Source: Gemmatimonadales bacterium
GTDB taxonomy: Bacteria > Gemmatimonadota > Gemmatimonadetes > Gemmatimonadales > GWC2-71-9
NCBI GenBank assembly: GCA_041612035.1
Contig: JBFILX010000001.1
Location: 1-36,747, forward strand
Direction: 5' to 3'
Length of the DNA: 36,747 nt
The notes under the pieces are model-generated. The model saw nothing but the letters and a program-made list of their open reading frames with translations, was not told the DNA's origin and made no database searches. Below are positions 15,816 to 24,834 of the stretch, piece by piece (position 1 is the stretch's first letter; each line of letters opens with the position of its first letter). Position numbers and translations under genes: made by a program.

Positions 15816-16817
15816 ATGGATGACTTCCGAATCGAGCGGACCCGGGGCGACCTGGTGGAGTCGGTCCACCGGATCTCGCTGGCCGTGGTCCGGGCCGACG
15901 GCACGGAGGTGGCGGCGGCCGGCCGGCCCGACCTGGTCACCTTCTGGCGCTCCGCGGCCAAGCCGTTCCAGGCGCTGCCCCTGGTGGAAGACGGCGTGCT
16001 GGAGGCGTTCGGGCTCGGCAGCGAGGAACTGGCGATCGCCTGTGCCTCGCACTCCAGCGAGGCCGAGCACCTGGCGGTCGTGGAGCGGTTCCTGGCACGG
16101 ATCGGCTGCAGCGAGGACGACCTCGCCTGCGGCCCGCATCCTCCGCTGGGCGAAGCGGTGGCGCGCCAGGTGACGGCCCACGGAACCCGGCTCACGCCGC
16201 GCTGGAGCAACTGCTCCGGCAAGCACGCCGGGATGCTCGCCCTCGCCCGGCACCACGGGTGGCCGACCGCGGGGTACGAGCGGCGGGAGCACCCCGTGCA
16301 GCAGCGGATGACGGCGGTGGTGAGCGAATGGGCCGGTATCGGGGCGGATGACCTTCGCTACGGGGTGGACGGCTGCACCACGGTCTGCTTCGGGCTGTCG
16401 CTCCGCGCCATGGCGCGCGCCTACGCCCGGTTCGCCGCGGCAGAGGGAGCGGCGGCCGCGGTCCGCGACGCCATGATGGCCCACCCGCGCCTGGTGGCCG
16501 GGACCGGTCGGCTGTGCAGCGTCATGATGGAGGCGCTGCCGGGCCAGGTGGTCACCAAGATCGGCGCGGAAGGGATCTACTGCCTGGCGGTCCCCGCCAG
16601 CGGGGTGGGCCTCGCGCTGAAGGTCGAGGACGGCGACATGCGGATGGCCCCCATGGCCCTGGTGGGGGCGCTCGACGCCCTCGGCCCGGCCATCGGCCTG
16701 CCGGCACGGCCCGCCGCGCTGGACCCGTGGCGCGATTCGCCGATCACCGACACCCGCGGTCACCCGGTCGGCACCCTGCGCGCCGGAGGCCGTCCGCGGG
16801 TTTCCGCCGCGGCCTGA
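15816..16817 (+). CDS. asparaginase, Asparaginase_II family (Rhizobium-type thermolabile asparaginase)
   Basis: Contains RSAAKPFQALPLV, CASHSSE, CSGKHAGMLA, VDGCT and TKIGAEG, signatures I associate with the Asparaginase_II family. Confidence 0.8.
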   Translation: MDDFRIERTRGDLVESVHRISLAVVRADGTEVAAAGRPDLVTFWRSAAKPFQALPLVEDGVLEAFGLGSEELAIACASHSSEAEHLAVVERFLARIGCSEDDLACGPHPPLGEAVARQVTAHGTRLTPRWSNCSGKHAGMLALARHHGWPTAGYERREHPVQQRMTAVVSEWAGIGADDLRYGVDGCTTVCFGLSLRAMARAYARFAAAEGAAAAVRDAMMAHPRLVAGTGRLCSVMMEALPGQVVTKIGAEGIYCLAVPASGVGLALKVEDGDMRMAPMALVGALDALGPAIGLPARPAALDPWRDSPITDTRGHPVGTLRAGGRPRVSAAA

Positions 16818-16844
16818 CCGATCCGGGTACGGTCCCTCCTTCCC

Positions 16845-17489
16845 ATGGTTCCCACAGTGGACGCGTTCGCCCCGCTGGACGGCCCCACCGGCGCGCTGGT
16901 CGCGCTCGCGGCCGCCATCGGCACCGGCGAGCCCGACCGGATCGGCGCGGCGTGCGCGGACGCGGTCGGCGCCGGGGTGGCCGGGGCCTGGGCCGACGAG
17001 CTGCTGCTCCAGTCGGTGCTCATGGTGGGCTATCCGCGCGCGCTGGTCGCCGCCGGGATCTGGCGCGAGGTCAGCGGGGTCGCCGCACCGGGGGCCGACG
17101 TCTCCGAGAAGGAGTCGCCCGCCGACTGGGTCGCCCGCGGCGCGGCCACCTGCGCGCGGGTCTACGGCGAGAACTACGAGCAGCTCCGCCGCAACGTGCG
17201 GACCCTGCACCCGGCGCTGGACCGCTGGATGATCGCCGAGGGGTACGGCCGGGTGCTGTCACGCCCGGGGCTGGACCTGAAACGGCGCCAGCTGTGCACC
17301 GTGGCCCAGATCGCGGTGCTGGAGGCGCCCCGCCAGCTGCACTCGCACCTGCGCGGCGCGCTGCACGCGGGCGCGACGGTCGCCGAAGTGGACGCCGCGC
17401 TGCGCATCGCCGGGCCCTTCCTGACGGCGGAGGCCTCGGGGGTGGCCGCCAGGGTCTGGGCCGCGATGCGGCCGGGGGGGCCGGCATGA
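16845..17489 (+). CDS. carboxymuconolactone decarboxylase (CMD/AhpD-like) family protein
   Basis: C-terminal CMD-like helices: LDLKRRQLCTVAQIAVLEAPRQLHSHLRGALHAGATVAEVDAAL. Confidence 0.72.
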   Translation: MVPTVDAFAPLDGPTGALVALAAAIGTGEPDRIGAACADAVGAGVAGAWADELLLQSVLMVGYPRALVAAGIWREVSGVAAPGADVSEKESPADWVARGAATCARVYGENYEQLRRNVRTLHPALDRWMIAEGYGRVLSRPGLDLKRRQLCTVAQIAVLEAPRQLHSHLRGALHAGATVAEVDAALRIAGPFLTAEASGVAARVWAAMRPGGPA

Positions 17490-18505
17490 GCTTCGTCGAC
17501 CTGGCCCGGGTCCAGGTCGTGGCTGGCACCGGCGGCTCGGGCGCCAGCTCGTTCGCGCGGTTCAAGTACGTGCCCAAGGGCGGGCCGGACGGGGGCGACG
17601 GCGGTCGCGGCGGGAGCGTGTTCGTCCGGGCCGACCGCAACCTCGCGACCCTGCTCGACTACACCTATCGCAAGGTCTGGAAGGCCGACCGCGGCGTGCA
17701 CGGGAAGGGGAAGAAGATGACGGGGGCGTCGGGCAAGGACATCTACCTGCCGGTGCCGGTCGGCACCGTGGTGCGCGATGCCGACAGCGGCGAGGTGCTG
17801 GGGGAGGCGCTCGATCCCGACCACCCGATCCTCGTCGCCCGGGGCGGACGGGGCGGCCGCGGCAACGCCCAGTTCGCCACCCCGACCCACCAGGCCCCCC
17901 GGGAGTGGGAGCCGGGCGAGGAGGGCCAGCAGCGCGAGATCGAACTGGAGCTGAAGCTCATCGCCGACGTGGGGCTGGTGGGCGAGCCCAACGCCGGCAA
18001 GAGCACCCTCCTCTCGGTGATCTCCGCCGCCCGCCCCAAGATCGCCGACTACCCGTTCACCACCCTGGAGCCCAACCTCGGCGTGGTGAACCTCGGCCGC
18101 GGCCGGTCGTTCGTGGTGGCCGACATCCCCGGGATCATCGAGGGCGCTCACGAGGGCCGGGGACTCGGCCTCACCTTCCTCCGGCACGTCGAGCGCACCC
18201 GGCTGCTGGCCTTCCTCCTCCCCCTCGACCAGGAGGACCCGCAGGCGGCGTACGACCGGCTGCGGCGGGAGATCCGGCTCCACTCCGAGGCGCTCTACCA
18301 TCGGCCCCACCTGGTGGTGCTCACCAAGCGCGACCTCCTCCCCGCCGACGCGCCGCTGCCCCGGATCGACGCCCCCGGGGCCCTGGCCGTGATGACCATT
18401 TCGGGCGTGGCGGGCACCGGGCTCGAGGAGCTGACGCGGCGGCTCGGGCGATGGGTCGAAGCGGAGCGGGACGCGGAGGCCGAGGCGGACCGCGATGACT
18501 TCTGA
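17486..18505 (+). CDS. obgE: GTPase Obg/CgtA
   Basis: MSFVDLARVQVVAGTGGSGASSF, the Gly-rich Obg fold GGPDGGDGGRGGSV, G1 GEPNAGKS, DIPGIIEGA and TKRD. ATGA overlap with the upstream gene. Confidence 0.97.
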   Translation: MSFVDLARVQVVAGTGGSGASSFARFKYVPKGGPDGGDGGRGGSVFVRADRNLATLLDYTYRKVWKADRGVHGKGKKMTGASGKDIYLPVPVGTVVRDADSGEVLGEALDPDHPILVARGGRGGRGNAQFATPTHQAPREWEPGEEGQQREIELELKLIADVGLVGEPNAGKSTLLSVISAARPKIADYPFTTLEPNLGVVNLGRGRSFVVADIPGIIEGAHEGRGLGLTFLRHVERTRLLAFLLPLDQEDPQAAYDRLRREIRLHSEALYHRPHLVVLTKRDLLPADAPLPRIDAPGALAVMTISGVAGTGLEELTRRLGRWVEAERDAEAEADRDDF

Positions 18506-19622
18506 GGAACCGGGCGCGCTCCGCGGCACCGCCCGCGACGCCTACCTCGCGCTCGCCATGGTTCCCGGCATCGGAGCGGCCCGGCTCGGCGCGCTCCTGC
18601 ACGCCTTCGGCACCGCCGAGGCGGCCCTCGGCGCAAGCCGGGCGCGGCTCCAGGGGGTCCCCGGCATCGGCACCGCGGCCGCGTCGGCCATCACGTCCGC
18701 CGACCGGCACGCCGGCCGGCGGGCCCGGGAGCGGTGCGAGGCCCTCGGGGGCCGGGTCCTGCTTCCGGGTGATCGCGGCTTCCCGGGGCGCCTGCGGACC
18801 ATTCCCGACCCGCCCGTCGCGCTCTTCGCGCTGGGCGCGCCGGAGCTGCTCGTCGCCCCGTCGGTGGCGGTGGTGGGAAGCCGGGACCCGTCGCCCTACG
18901 GCCGCGAGGTCTGCGCGGCGGTGTCGGCCGGGGCCGCCGAGGCCGGGCTCGTGGTGGTGAGCGGGATGGCGCGCGGGCTCGACGCGGTCGCCCACGGGGC
19001 CGCGCTCGAGGCCGGCGGCACCACGGTGGGGATCCTGGGGAACGGGTTGGGCGTCATCTACCCCGCGGCCAACCGGGCGCTCTACGCCGCGGTGGCGGAG
19101 CACGGCCTGCTCCTCACCGAGCTGCCCCCGGGGGAGCGGCCCCACGCGGGCAGCTTCCCCCAGCGCAACCGGCTCATCGCGGGGCTCGCGGCGGCGACCG
19201 TCGTGGTGGAGGCGGCGGCGGGATCGGGTGCGCTGATCACCGCCGGCCACGCCCTGGAGCAGGGACGGGAGGTGCTCGCGGTCCCCGGCCCGGTGACCTC
19301 CCGCACGTCGGTGGGGACCAACCGGCTCCTGCGCGACGGGGCCCGGCCGCTGCTCGAGATGACCGACCTGCTGGAGCTGTATCCGGGGGCCCCCCGGCCG
19401 GGCCCGGAGGTCGAGGCCACCGGGCGCGACCCCCGACACCGCCTCCTGGCCCTGTTGCGGGGCGGACCCCGCCACGTCGACCAGCTGGCCCGGGGCCTCG
19501 CGGCCTCCTCGTCGGACACCCTGGCCCTGCTGGGCGGCCTCGAGATCGAAGGCACGGTGGAGCAGCGGCCGGGCCTCGTCTTCGCCCGGCGAGGCACCGC
19601 GGCGGTCCTCTCGCCGACCTGA
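18495..19622 (+). CDS. dprA: DNA-processing protein DprA (Smf)
   Basis: Shows VAVVGSRDPSPYG, SGMARGLDAVAH, GILGNGLGVIYPAAN, FPQRNRLIAGL and a C-terminal winged-helix region. 11-nt overlap with obg. Confidence 0.93.
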   Translation: MTSEEPGALRGTARDAYLALAMVPGIGAARLGALLHAFGTAEAALGASRARLQGVPGIGTAAASAITSADRHAGRRARERCEALGGRVLLPGDRGFPGRLRTIPDPPVALFALGAPELLVAPSVAVVGSRDPSPYGREVCAAVSAGAAEAGLVVVSGMARGLDAVAHGAALEAGGTTVGILGNGLGVIYPAANRALYAAVAEHGLLLTELPPGERPHAGSFPQRNRLIAGLAAATVVVEAAAGSGALITAGHALEQGREVLAVPGPVTSRTSVGTNRLLRDGARPLLEMTDLLELYPGAPRPGPEVEATGRDPRHRLLALLRGGPRHVDQLARGLAASSSDTLALLGGLEIEGTVEQRPGLVFARRGTAAVLSPT

Positions 19623-19627
19623 GCGCG

Positions 19628-19636
19628 CCCCCCCCC
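19628..19636 (+). repeat. homopolymeric C9 tract in the dprA-hemW intergenic region
   Basis: Counted directly: nine consecutive C at 19628-19636. Confidence 0.9.
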
Positions 19637-19663
19637 GGCCCCACCCGGGGTAGCTTCCGCGCC

Positions 19664-20806
19664 ATGCTCGTCTACCTGCACGTGCCGTTCTGCGCCCGCC
19701 GGTGCAGCTACTGCGACTTCGCCATCGCCGTCCGGCGGGAGACGCCGTCCGACGCCTACGCCGACGCGGTCCTGGCCGAGTGGCGCCTGCGCCAGGGGCA
19801 CCCCGGGTGGGCCGAGTCGCCGTCGGTCCGGTCCCTCTACCTGGGTGGCGGGACCCCGAGCCGGCTGGCCCCCGAGGCCCTGGAGCGGATCCTGGTCGGC
19901 CTCCGCGGGGACCGCCCCCTGGCCCCGGACGCCGAGGTCACCCTGGAAGCCAACCCCGACGACGTCACCCCCGACCGGGTGGACCGCTGGGTCGCGGCCG
20001 GCATCAACCGGGTGTCGCTCGGAGTCCAGAGTTTCGCGCCCGCGGTGCTGGCGTGGATGCACCGGACCCACACCACCGGGCAGATCGGCGCCGCGGTCCG
20101 CGCACTTCGGTCAGGGGGCGTGGGCAATCTGAGCCTCGACCTCATCTACGGCCTGCCGCCCAGCCTCGACCGACGCTGGCTCGACGACCTGGACCGCGCC
20201 TTCGCCCTGGAGCCCGAGCACCTCTCGCTCTATGCCCTTACGGTGGAGCCGCGGACGCCGCTGGGCCGGTGGACCGTGCGGGGCGAGGTGGTGCCCGCCT
20301 CCGACGACCGCGCGGCGGACGAGTACCTGGAAGCCCATGAGCGCCTGGTGACCGGCGGGTTCGAGCACTACGAGGTCTCGAACGCCGCCCGGCCCGGTTT
20401 CCGGGCCCGGCACAACGCCGGGTACTGGCGCCGGGAAGACTTCCTCGGCCTCGGGCCGAGCGCGCACGGCGCGGCCGGCCGGGTGCGGAGCTGGAACCTC
20501 AGGGAGTGGGAGGCGTACCGGCGCGCGGTCGCGTCCGGCACCGATCCCGAGGCCGGTCGGGAGGTCCTCACCGACGCCCAGCTCCTCCTGGAAGCCCGGT
20601 ACCTGGGGTTGCGAACCGACGACGGCGTGCCGAGCGCCCTGGTGCCGCCGCCCCACCGGGCGCGCTGGGGCGCCCAGGGATGGGCCCGCGAGGGGGAAGG
20701 ACGCCTGAGGCTCACGGCATCGGGGTGGCTCCGGCTCGACGCGTTGGTGGCCAGCCTGCCCGAGGACTCCTTAGATTTTTCCGAATGCCTGCCGTCGAGC
20801 CGCTGA
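19664..20806 (+). CDS. hemW: radical SAM heme chaperone HemW (HemN-like, oxygen-independent coproporphyrinogen oxidase family)
   Basis: N-terminal YLHVPFCARRCSYCDF (the CxxxCxxC radical SAM cluster), GGGTPS and the HemN C-terminal domain. Confidence 0.9.
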   Translation: MLVYLHVPFCARRCSYCDFAIAVRRETPSDAYADAVLAEWRLRQGHPGWAESPSVRSLYLGGGTPSRLAPEALERILVGLRGDRPLAPDAEVTLEANPDDVTPDRVDRWVAAGINRVSLGVQSFAPAVLAWMHRTHTTGQIGAAVRALRSGGVGNLSLDLIYGLPPSLDRRWLDDLDRAFALEPEHLSLYALTVEPRTPLGRWTVRGEVVPASDDRAADEYLEAHERLVTGGFEHYEVSNAARPGFRARHNAGYWRREDFLGLGPSAHGAAGRVRSWNLREWEAYRRAVASGTDPEAGREVLTDAQLLLEARYLGLRTDDGVPSALVPPPHRARWGAQGWAREGEGRLRLTASGWLRLDALVASLPEDSLDFSECLPSSR

Positions 20807-21822
20807 GCGAGCGCGAACGCACCGTCCTGGAGGCGGTGATCCAGACGTACATCGAGACCGCGGAACCGGCGGGAAGCGGCACGATCGCGCGCCGGTTCCC
20901 GATCGGGCTCTCGCCCGCGTCCATCCGTCACACCATGAGCGAGCTCGAGGCCAAGGGATACCTCTATCACCCCCACGCCTCGGCGGGCCGGATCCCGACC
21001 GACCTCGCCTACCGGCTCTACGTGAACGACCTCATGCGGCTCTCGCCGCCCAGCAGCCAGGACCGCGAGCTGCTCCGGCGCCAGCTCCAGCCCGGGCGCT
21101 CCGCCATCGAGGAGATCCTCCGGCGCGCCGCCCAGGTGCTGGGGGTGCTGACCCAGGAGCTGGGGGTGGCGGTGGCCCCCCGGCTGGAAGACGTGGTGCT
21201 GGAGCGGCTCGACCTGGTGCACGTGGCGTCGGAGCGCCTGCTGCTGGTCTTCCATCTCCGGAGCGGCGCCGTCCGCACCATCTTCGTGCAGATCCCGGCG
21301 TCCGTGGCGCCGGGCACGGTGGAGCACGTGGCGCGGGTGCTCAACGAGCGGCTCGGCGGGCTCACCCTGCGGGAGATCCGGGCCACGCTGGGCGCCCGCC
21401 TGCGCGATGCGGGGGCGCCGGGGGAGGGCAGCGACCTGCTCAACATCTTCATCGCCGAGGGCGAGGAGATCTTCGACCTGTCGGGCGACGGCGAACGGGT
21501 CGTGCTCGGCAGCGCGGAGATGCTGGCCAGCCAGCCGGAGTTCGCCTCCAACGAGCGGATGCGGGGCCTGCTGAGCCTCACCGAGCGGCGCGACGTGCTG
21601 CGCGAGGCCCTGTCCCGGCGCGAGGGCGGGGGGCTCTCCATCACCATCGGGGCCGAGCACGCCGACCCCCGGCTGGCGGACTTCACCCTGGTGACCTCCA
21701 CCTACCACTTCGGCGACCTCACCGGGGTGATCGGGGTCATCGGCCCGACCCGGATGCCCTACGACAAGATCATCGGCCTGGTCGGCCACACCAGCCGGCT
21801 GGTGGAGGGGCTCGTCGAGTGA
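20785..21822 (+). CDS. hrcA: heat-inducible transcriptional repressor HrcA
   Basis: N-terminal winged helix LSERERTVLEAVIQTYIETAEPAGSGTIA, then IRHTMSELEAKGYLYHPHASAGRIPT and C-terminal IGVIGPTRMPY. The ATG lies 22 nt inside the hemW 3' end. Confidence 0.93.
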   Translation: MPAVEPLSERERTVLEAVIQTYIETAEPAGSGTIARRFPIGLSPASIRHTMSELEAKGYLYHPHASAGRIPTDLAYRLYVNDLMRLSPPSSQDRELLRRQLQPGRSAIEEILRRAAQVLGVLTQELGVAVAPRLEDVVLERLDLVHVASERLLLVFHLRSGAVRTIFVQIPASVAPGTVEHVARVLNERLGGLTLREIRATLGARLRDAGAPGEGSDLLNIFIAEGEEIFDLSGDGERVVLGSAEMLASQPEFASNERMRGLLSLTERRDVLREALSRREGGGLSITIGAEHADPRLADFTLVTSTYHFGDLTGVIGVIGPTRMPYDKIIGLVGHTSRLVEGLVE

Positions 21823-22946
21823 GGGACTTCTACGAGATCCTCGAGGTCGACCGCGGCGCGTCGCCGGACGACATCAAGCGCGCCTACCGCCGGCTGGCCA
21901 TGCAGTACCACCCCGACCGGAGCCAGGCGGCCGACGCGGAGGCGCGGTTCAAGGAGCTGTCGGAGGCCTACGACGCCCTGCGCGATCCGCAGAAGCGCGC
22001 CGCCTACGACCGCTACGGCCACGCCGGCATCAAGGGCGCCGCCGACCCGGGATTCAGCCACATCGACCTGGCCGAGGCGCTCAACATCTTCATGCGCGAC
22101 TTCGGGGGCCTGGGCGGCTTCGAGACCCTCTTCGCCGGCGGCCGGGCCCCGCTGGAGGCGCGGCGTGGCCAGGACATCCGGGTCTCCCTCAAGCTCACCC
22201 TGGCGGAGGTGGCCTCCGGCGTCCGGCGCACGATCAAGCTGCGCACCCTGGTGCGCTGCACCACCTGCGACGGGGCCGGGCACGAACCCGACACCCGGCC
22301 CGTGACCTGCACCACCTGCGCGGGCAGCGGCGAGATCCGGCGGGCGGCCCGGAGCGTCTTCGGCCAGTTCGTCTCGGTCTCCCCCTGTCCCACCTGTGCG
22401 GGCGAGGGCACCGTGATCCAGTCCCCCTGTCAGGACTGCCGCGGGGATGGACGCCGGAAGGGCGAGCGGTCGGTGGCGGTCGAGGTGCCCCCGGGAGTCT
22501 CCGGCAACCACTACATCACCCTGCGCGGCCAGGGCGCCGCGGGCCCGCGGAACGGTCCGCCGGGCGACCTGATCGTGATGATCGACGTGCAGGAGGACGA
22601 GGAGTTCGAGCGACAGGGCGACGACCTCGCCTGTGTCCTCCCGGTCTCCTTCTCGCAGGCCGCCCTCGGCACCAGCGCCACCCTCAGGACGCCCCTCGGC
22701 GAGGAGCGGCTCTCGGTGCCCGCCGGGGTGCAGTCCGGGACCGAGATCCGCCTCAAGGGCAAGGGCCTGCCGCGGCTGGGCCGGAACGGACAGGGCGACC
22801 TCGTGGTCCGGGTGCATGTCTGGACCCCGGAGTCGGTGTCCGACGAACAGCGGCGGCTGTTCCGTGACCTGGCCGCCCTGGAGGGCGACCCGCCCTCGAA
22901 GTCGGGCGGCTTCTGGAGCCGGCTCAAGGAGGCGCTCCGCGCATGA
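21819..22946 (+). CDS. dnaJ: molecular chaperone DnaJ
   Basis: J domain DFYEILEV...YHPD, a G/F region, and four CxxCxGxG repeats (CTTCDGAG, CTTCAGSG, CPTCAGEG, CQDCRGDG). GTGA overlap with hrcA. Confidence 0.97.
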   Translation: MRDFYEILEVDRGASPDDIKRAYRRLAMQYHPDRSQAADAEARFKELSEAYDALRDPQKRAAYDRYGHAGIKGAADPGFSHIDLAEALNIFMRDFGGLGGFETLFAGGRAPLEARRGQDIRVSLKLTLAEVASGVRRTIKLRTLVRCTTCDGAGHEPDTRPVTCTTCAGSGEIRRAARSVFGQFVSVSPCPTCAGEGTVIQSPCQDCRGDGRRKGERSVAVEVPPGVSGNHYITLRGQGAAGPRNGPPGDLIVMIDVQEDEEFERQGDDLACVLPVSFSQAALGTSATLRTPLGEERLSVPAGVQSGTEIRLKGKGLPRLGRNGQGDLVVRVHVWTPESVSDEQRRLFRDLAALEGDPPSKSGGFWSRLKEALRA

Positions 22947-23767
22947 CCTGGTGGGCGATGAGCGTCCAGGCCCCCGAAACGCTCCGCCCCGACGTGGCCA
23001 GCTGGCTGGTGCGCCGCACGGGCCAGACCGTGGAGGAGCGGGCCGACGGCTCGCTGGTGGGGTTCGCCGCCGACCGGTCCACCGCCACGGCGCTCCGCGA
23101 CGATCTCGCTCGCGCCTTCGGCGAAGGTCTGCGGACCGACCTGACCGAGGTCGAGCCGGTGGACTGGGGCACCCGCTGGCGGGACGGGCTGGAGGCACGC
23201 CGCATCGGGCGGCTGACCCTGGCCCCGTCATGGACCGGGCCGGTCGAGGGCGACGCCGTGGTGCTCATCGATCCGGAGACCGCGTTCGGCAGCGGCGAGC
23301 ACGGCTCGACCCGGGTGGCGCTCGCCCTGCTGGAAAGCCTGATCACGCCGGGGGACCTCGTGCTCGACCTCGGATCGGGCAGCGGGGTGCTGGCCATCGC
23401 GGCCCGGAAGCTGGGGGCGCGGGCGGCGATCGGGATCGAGATGGACCCCGAGGCGATCGAGGTGGCCGAGCGCAACGCGGCCCGGAACGGCGTGACCGAT
23501 GCGGTCGGGTTCGTGGAGGGGGAGGGCGGGTCGCTCGCGCTGGTGGCGGGCCCCGCCGACGTGGTGGTGGCCAACATCCTCCGGGAGATCAACGTGGCGA
23601 TCCTGCCGGAGGTGCGACGGGCGCTCCGGCCCGGCGGCACCGCGATCTTCGCCGGGATGGAGGAGGCCGAGGCGCCGCTCTTCCGCCCCGTGCTCGCGGC
23701 CACCGGATTCACCATCGTGCGCGAGATGGTGGACGCCGGCTGGTGGGGCGTCGCCGGCCGCCCGTGA
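22943..23767 (+). CDS. prmA: ribosomal protein L11 methyltransferase
   Basis: IDPETAFGSGEHGST, the SAM-binding motif VLDLGSGSGVLAIAA, and VVANIL. ATGA overlap with dnaJ. Confidence 0.9.
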   Translation: MTWWAMSVQAPETLRPDVASWLVRRTGQTVEERADGSLVGFAADRSTATALRDDLARAFGEGLRTDLTEVEPVDWGTRWRDGLEARRIGRLTLAPSWTGPVEGDAVVLIDPETAFGSGEHGSTRVALALLESLITPGDLVLDLGSGSGVLAIAARKLGARAAIGIEMDPEAIEVAERNAARNGVTDAVGFVEGEGGSLALVAGPADVVVANILREINVAILPEVRRALRPGGTAIFAGMEEAEAPLFRPVLAATGFTIVREMVDAGWWGVAGRP

Positions 23768-24465
23768 CCGCCCTGCTCGCCGCGCCCGGCGACCTGGTCG
23801 TCGGGTCCACCGTCACCCTCGATCCCATGGAAGCCCGGCACGCCGCCGTCCGTCGCCTGAGGCCCGGCGAGGAGGTCACCCTGCTGGACGGGGAGGGCCT
23901 GGTGGCTCGCGGAGGCCTGCTGGGTGCCGACCAGGTGGCGGTGACGGAGGTGCGCGCGGTGCCCCCGCCCCCCGGGCTCACGCTGGCGGTCGGGGCCGGC
24001 GACCGTGAGCGCTTCGGGTGGCTGGTCGAGAAGGCCGCCGAACTCGGGGTGACCGACCTGGTCCCGCTCGACACCGAACGGACCCGGGACGTCGCGGGCC
24101 GGGTGCGCGCCCCGCACCTGGAGCGGTTCCGGGCCCGCGCCCGGCAGGCCATCAAGCAGAGCGGCTCCGCCTGGGCACCGCGGGTGCACGACGCCCGCAC
24201 CCTGGACGAACTGGCCCGGCGCCCCGCGGGGGAGACCCGCTGGCTGGCGGAGCCGGAGGGGCACCGGCCCGCCCTCGACACGGCCGCGGGCGCCCTGCTC
24301 GCGGCGGTGGGTCCGGAGGGAGGATTCACCGAGGCGGAGCGCGAGCTGCTGATCGGGCATGGGTTCCGGCCGGTCCGGCTGGGCCCGCACGTGCTCCGCT
24401 TCGAAACCGCCGCGCTCGCCGTCGCGGTCCTGGCCGGCGCGGCCCGGGAGGCACACCATGGCTGA
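23764..24465 (+). CDS. rsmE: 16S rRNA (uracil1498-N3)-methyltransferase RsmE
   Basis: PUA-like N-terminus with HAAVRRLRPGEEV, KAAELGV and C-terminal VGPEGGFTEAE...LGPHVLRFETAA. GTGA overlap with prmA. Confidence 0.88.
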   Translation: MTALLAAPGDLVVGSTVTLDPMEARHAAVRRLRPGEEVTLLDGEGLVARGGLLGADQVAVTEVRAVPPPPGLTLAVGAGDRERFGWLVEKAAELGVTDLVPLDTERTRDVAGRVRAPHLERFRARARQAIKQSGSAWAPRVHDARTLDELARRPAGETRWLAEPEGHRPALDTAAGALLAAVGPEGGFTEAERELLIGHGFRPVRLGPHVLRFETAALAVAVLAGAAREAHHG

Positions 24466-24802
24466 CTGCATCTTCTGCGGAATCGCCGCGGGCGAGATCC
24501 CGGCCGCGGTCGTGGCGAGAACCGACCACGCCCTGGCGTTCGAGGACCTGAACCCGCAGGCCCCGGTGCACGTGCTCGTGATCCCGACGCGGCACGTGGG
24601 CTCGGCGGCCGACGTGGACGAGGCCGGGGCCGAGGTCTGGCCCGCGGTGCTCGGACTCGCGGTCGAGGTCGCCCGCGCTCAGGGCATCGCCGAGTCCGGC
24701 TTCCGGCTCGTCATCAACGCGGGGGCCCACGGCGGCCAGTCCGTGGATCACCTGCACCTGCACCTGCTCGGGGGCCGCCCGATGCAGTGGCCCCCGGGGT
24801 GA
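24458..24802 (+). CDS. HIT-family (histidine triad) nucleotide hydrolase, HinT-like
   Basis: CIFCGIAAGEIPA, HVLVIPTRH and the histidine triad HLHLHLLGG. Confidence 0.92.
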   Translation: MADCIFCGIAAGEIPAAVVARTDHALAFEDLNPQAPVHVLVIPTRHVGSAADVDEAGAEVWPAVLGLAVEVARAQGIAESGFRLVINAGAHGGQSVDHLHLHLLGGRPMQWPPG

Positions 24803-24805
24803 GCG

Positions 24806-24834
24806 TTGGCTCGGCGCCGGGGGCGGATTACGTT
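24806..24834 (+). promoter_or_regulatory. sigma70-like promoter upstream of mutS2
   Basis: TTGGCT (24806-24811), 17-nt spacer, TACGTT (24829-24834), in the only AT-enriched patch of the 101-nt HIT-mutS2 gap. Confidence 0.45.

Noticed and set aside
19664-21822. A CIRCE operator (TTAGCACTC-N9-GAGTGCTAA) near hrcA or dnaJ.
   Set aside because: Searched by eye on both strands. The only TTAG-containing AT patch (20771-20780, TTAGATTTTT) has no inverted partner, so it is not CIRCE.
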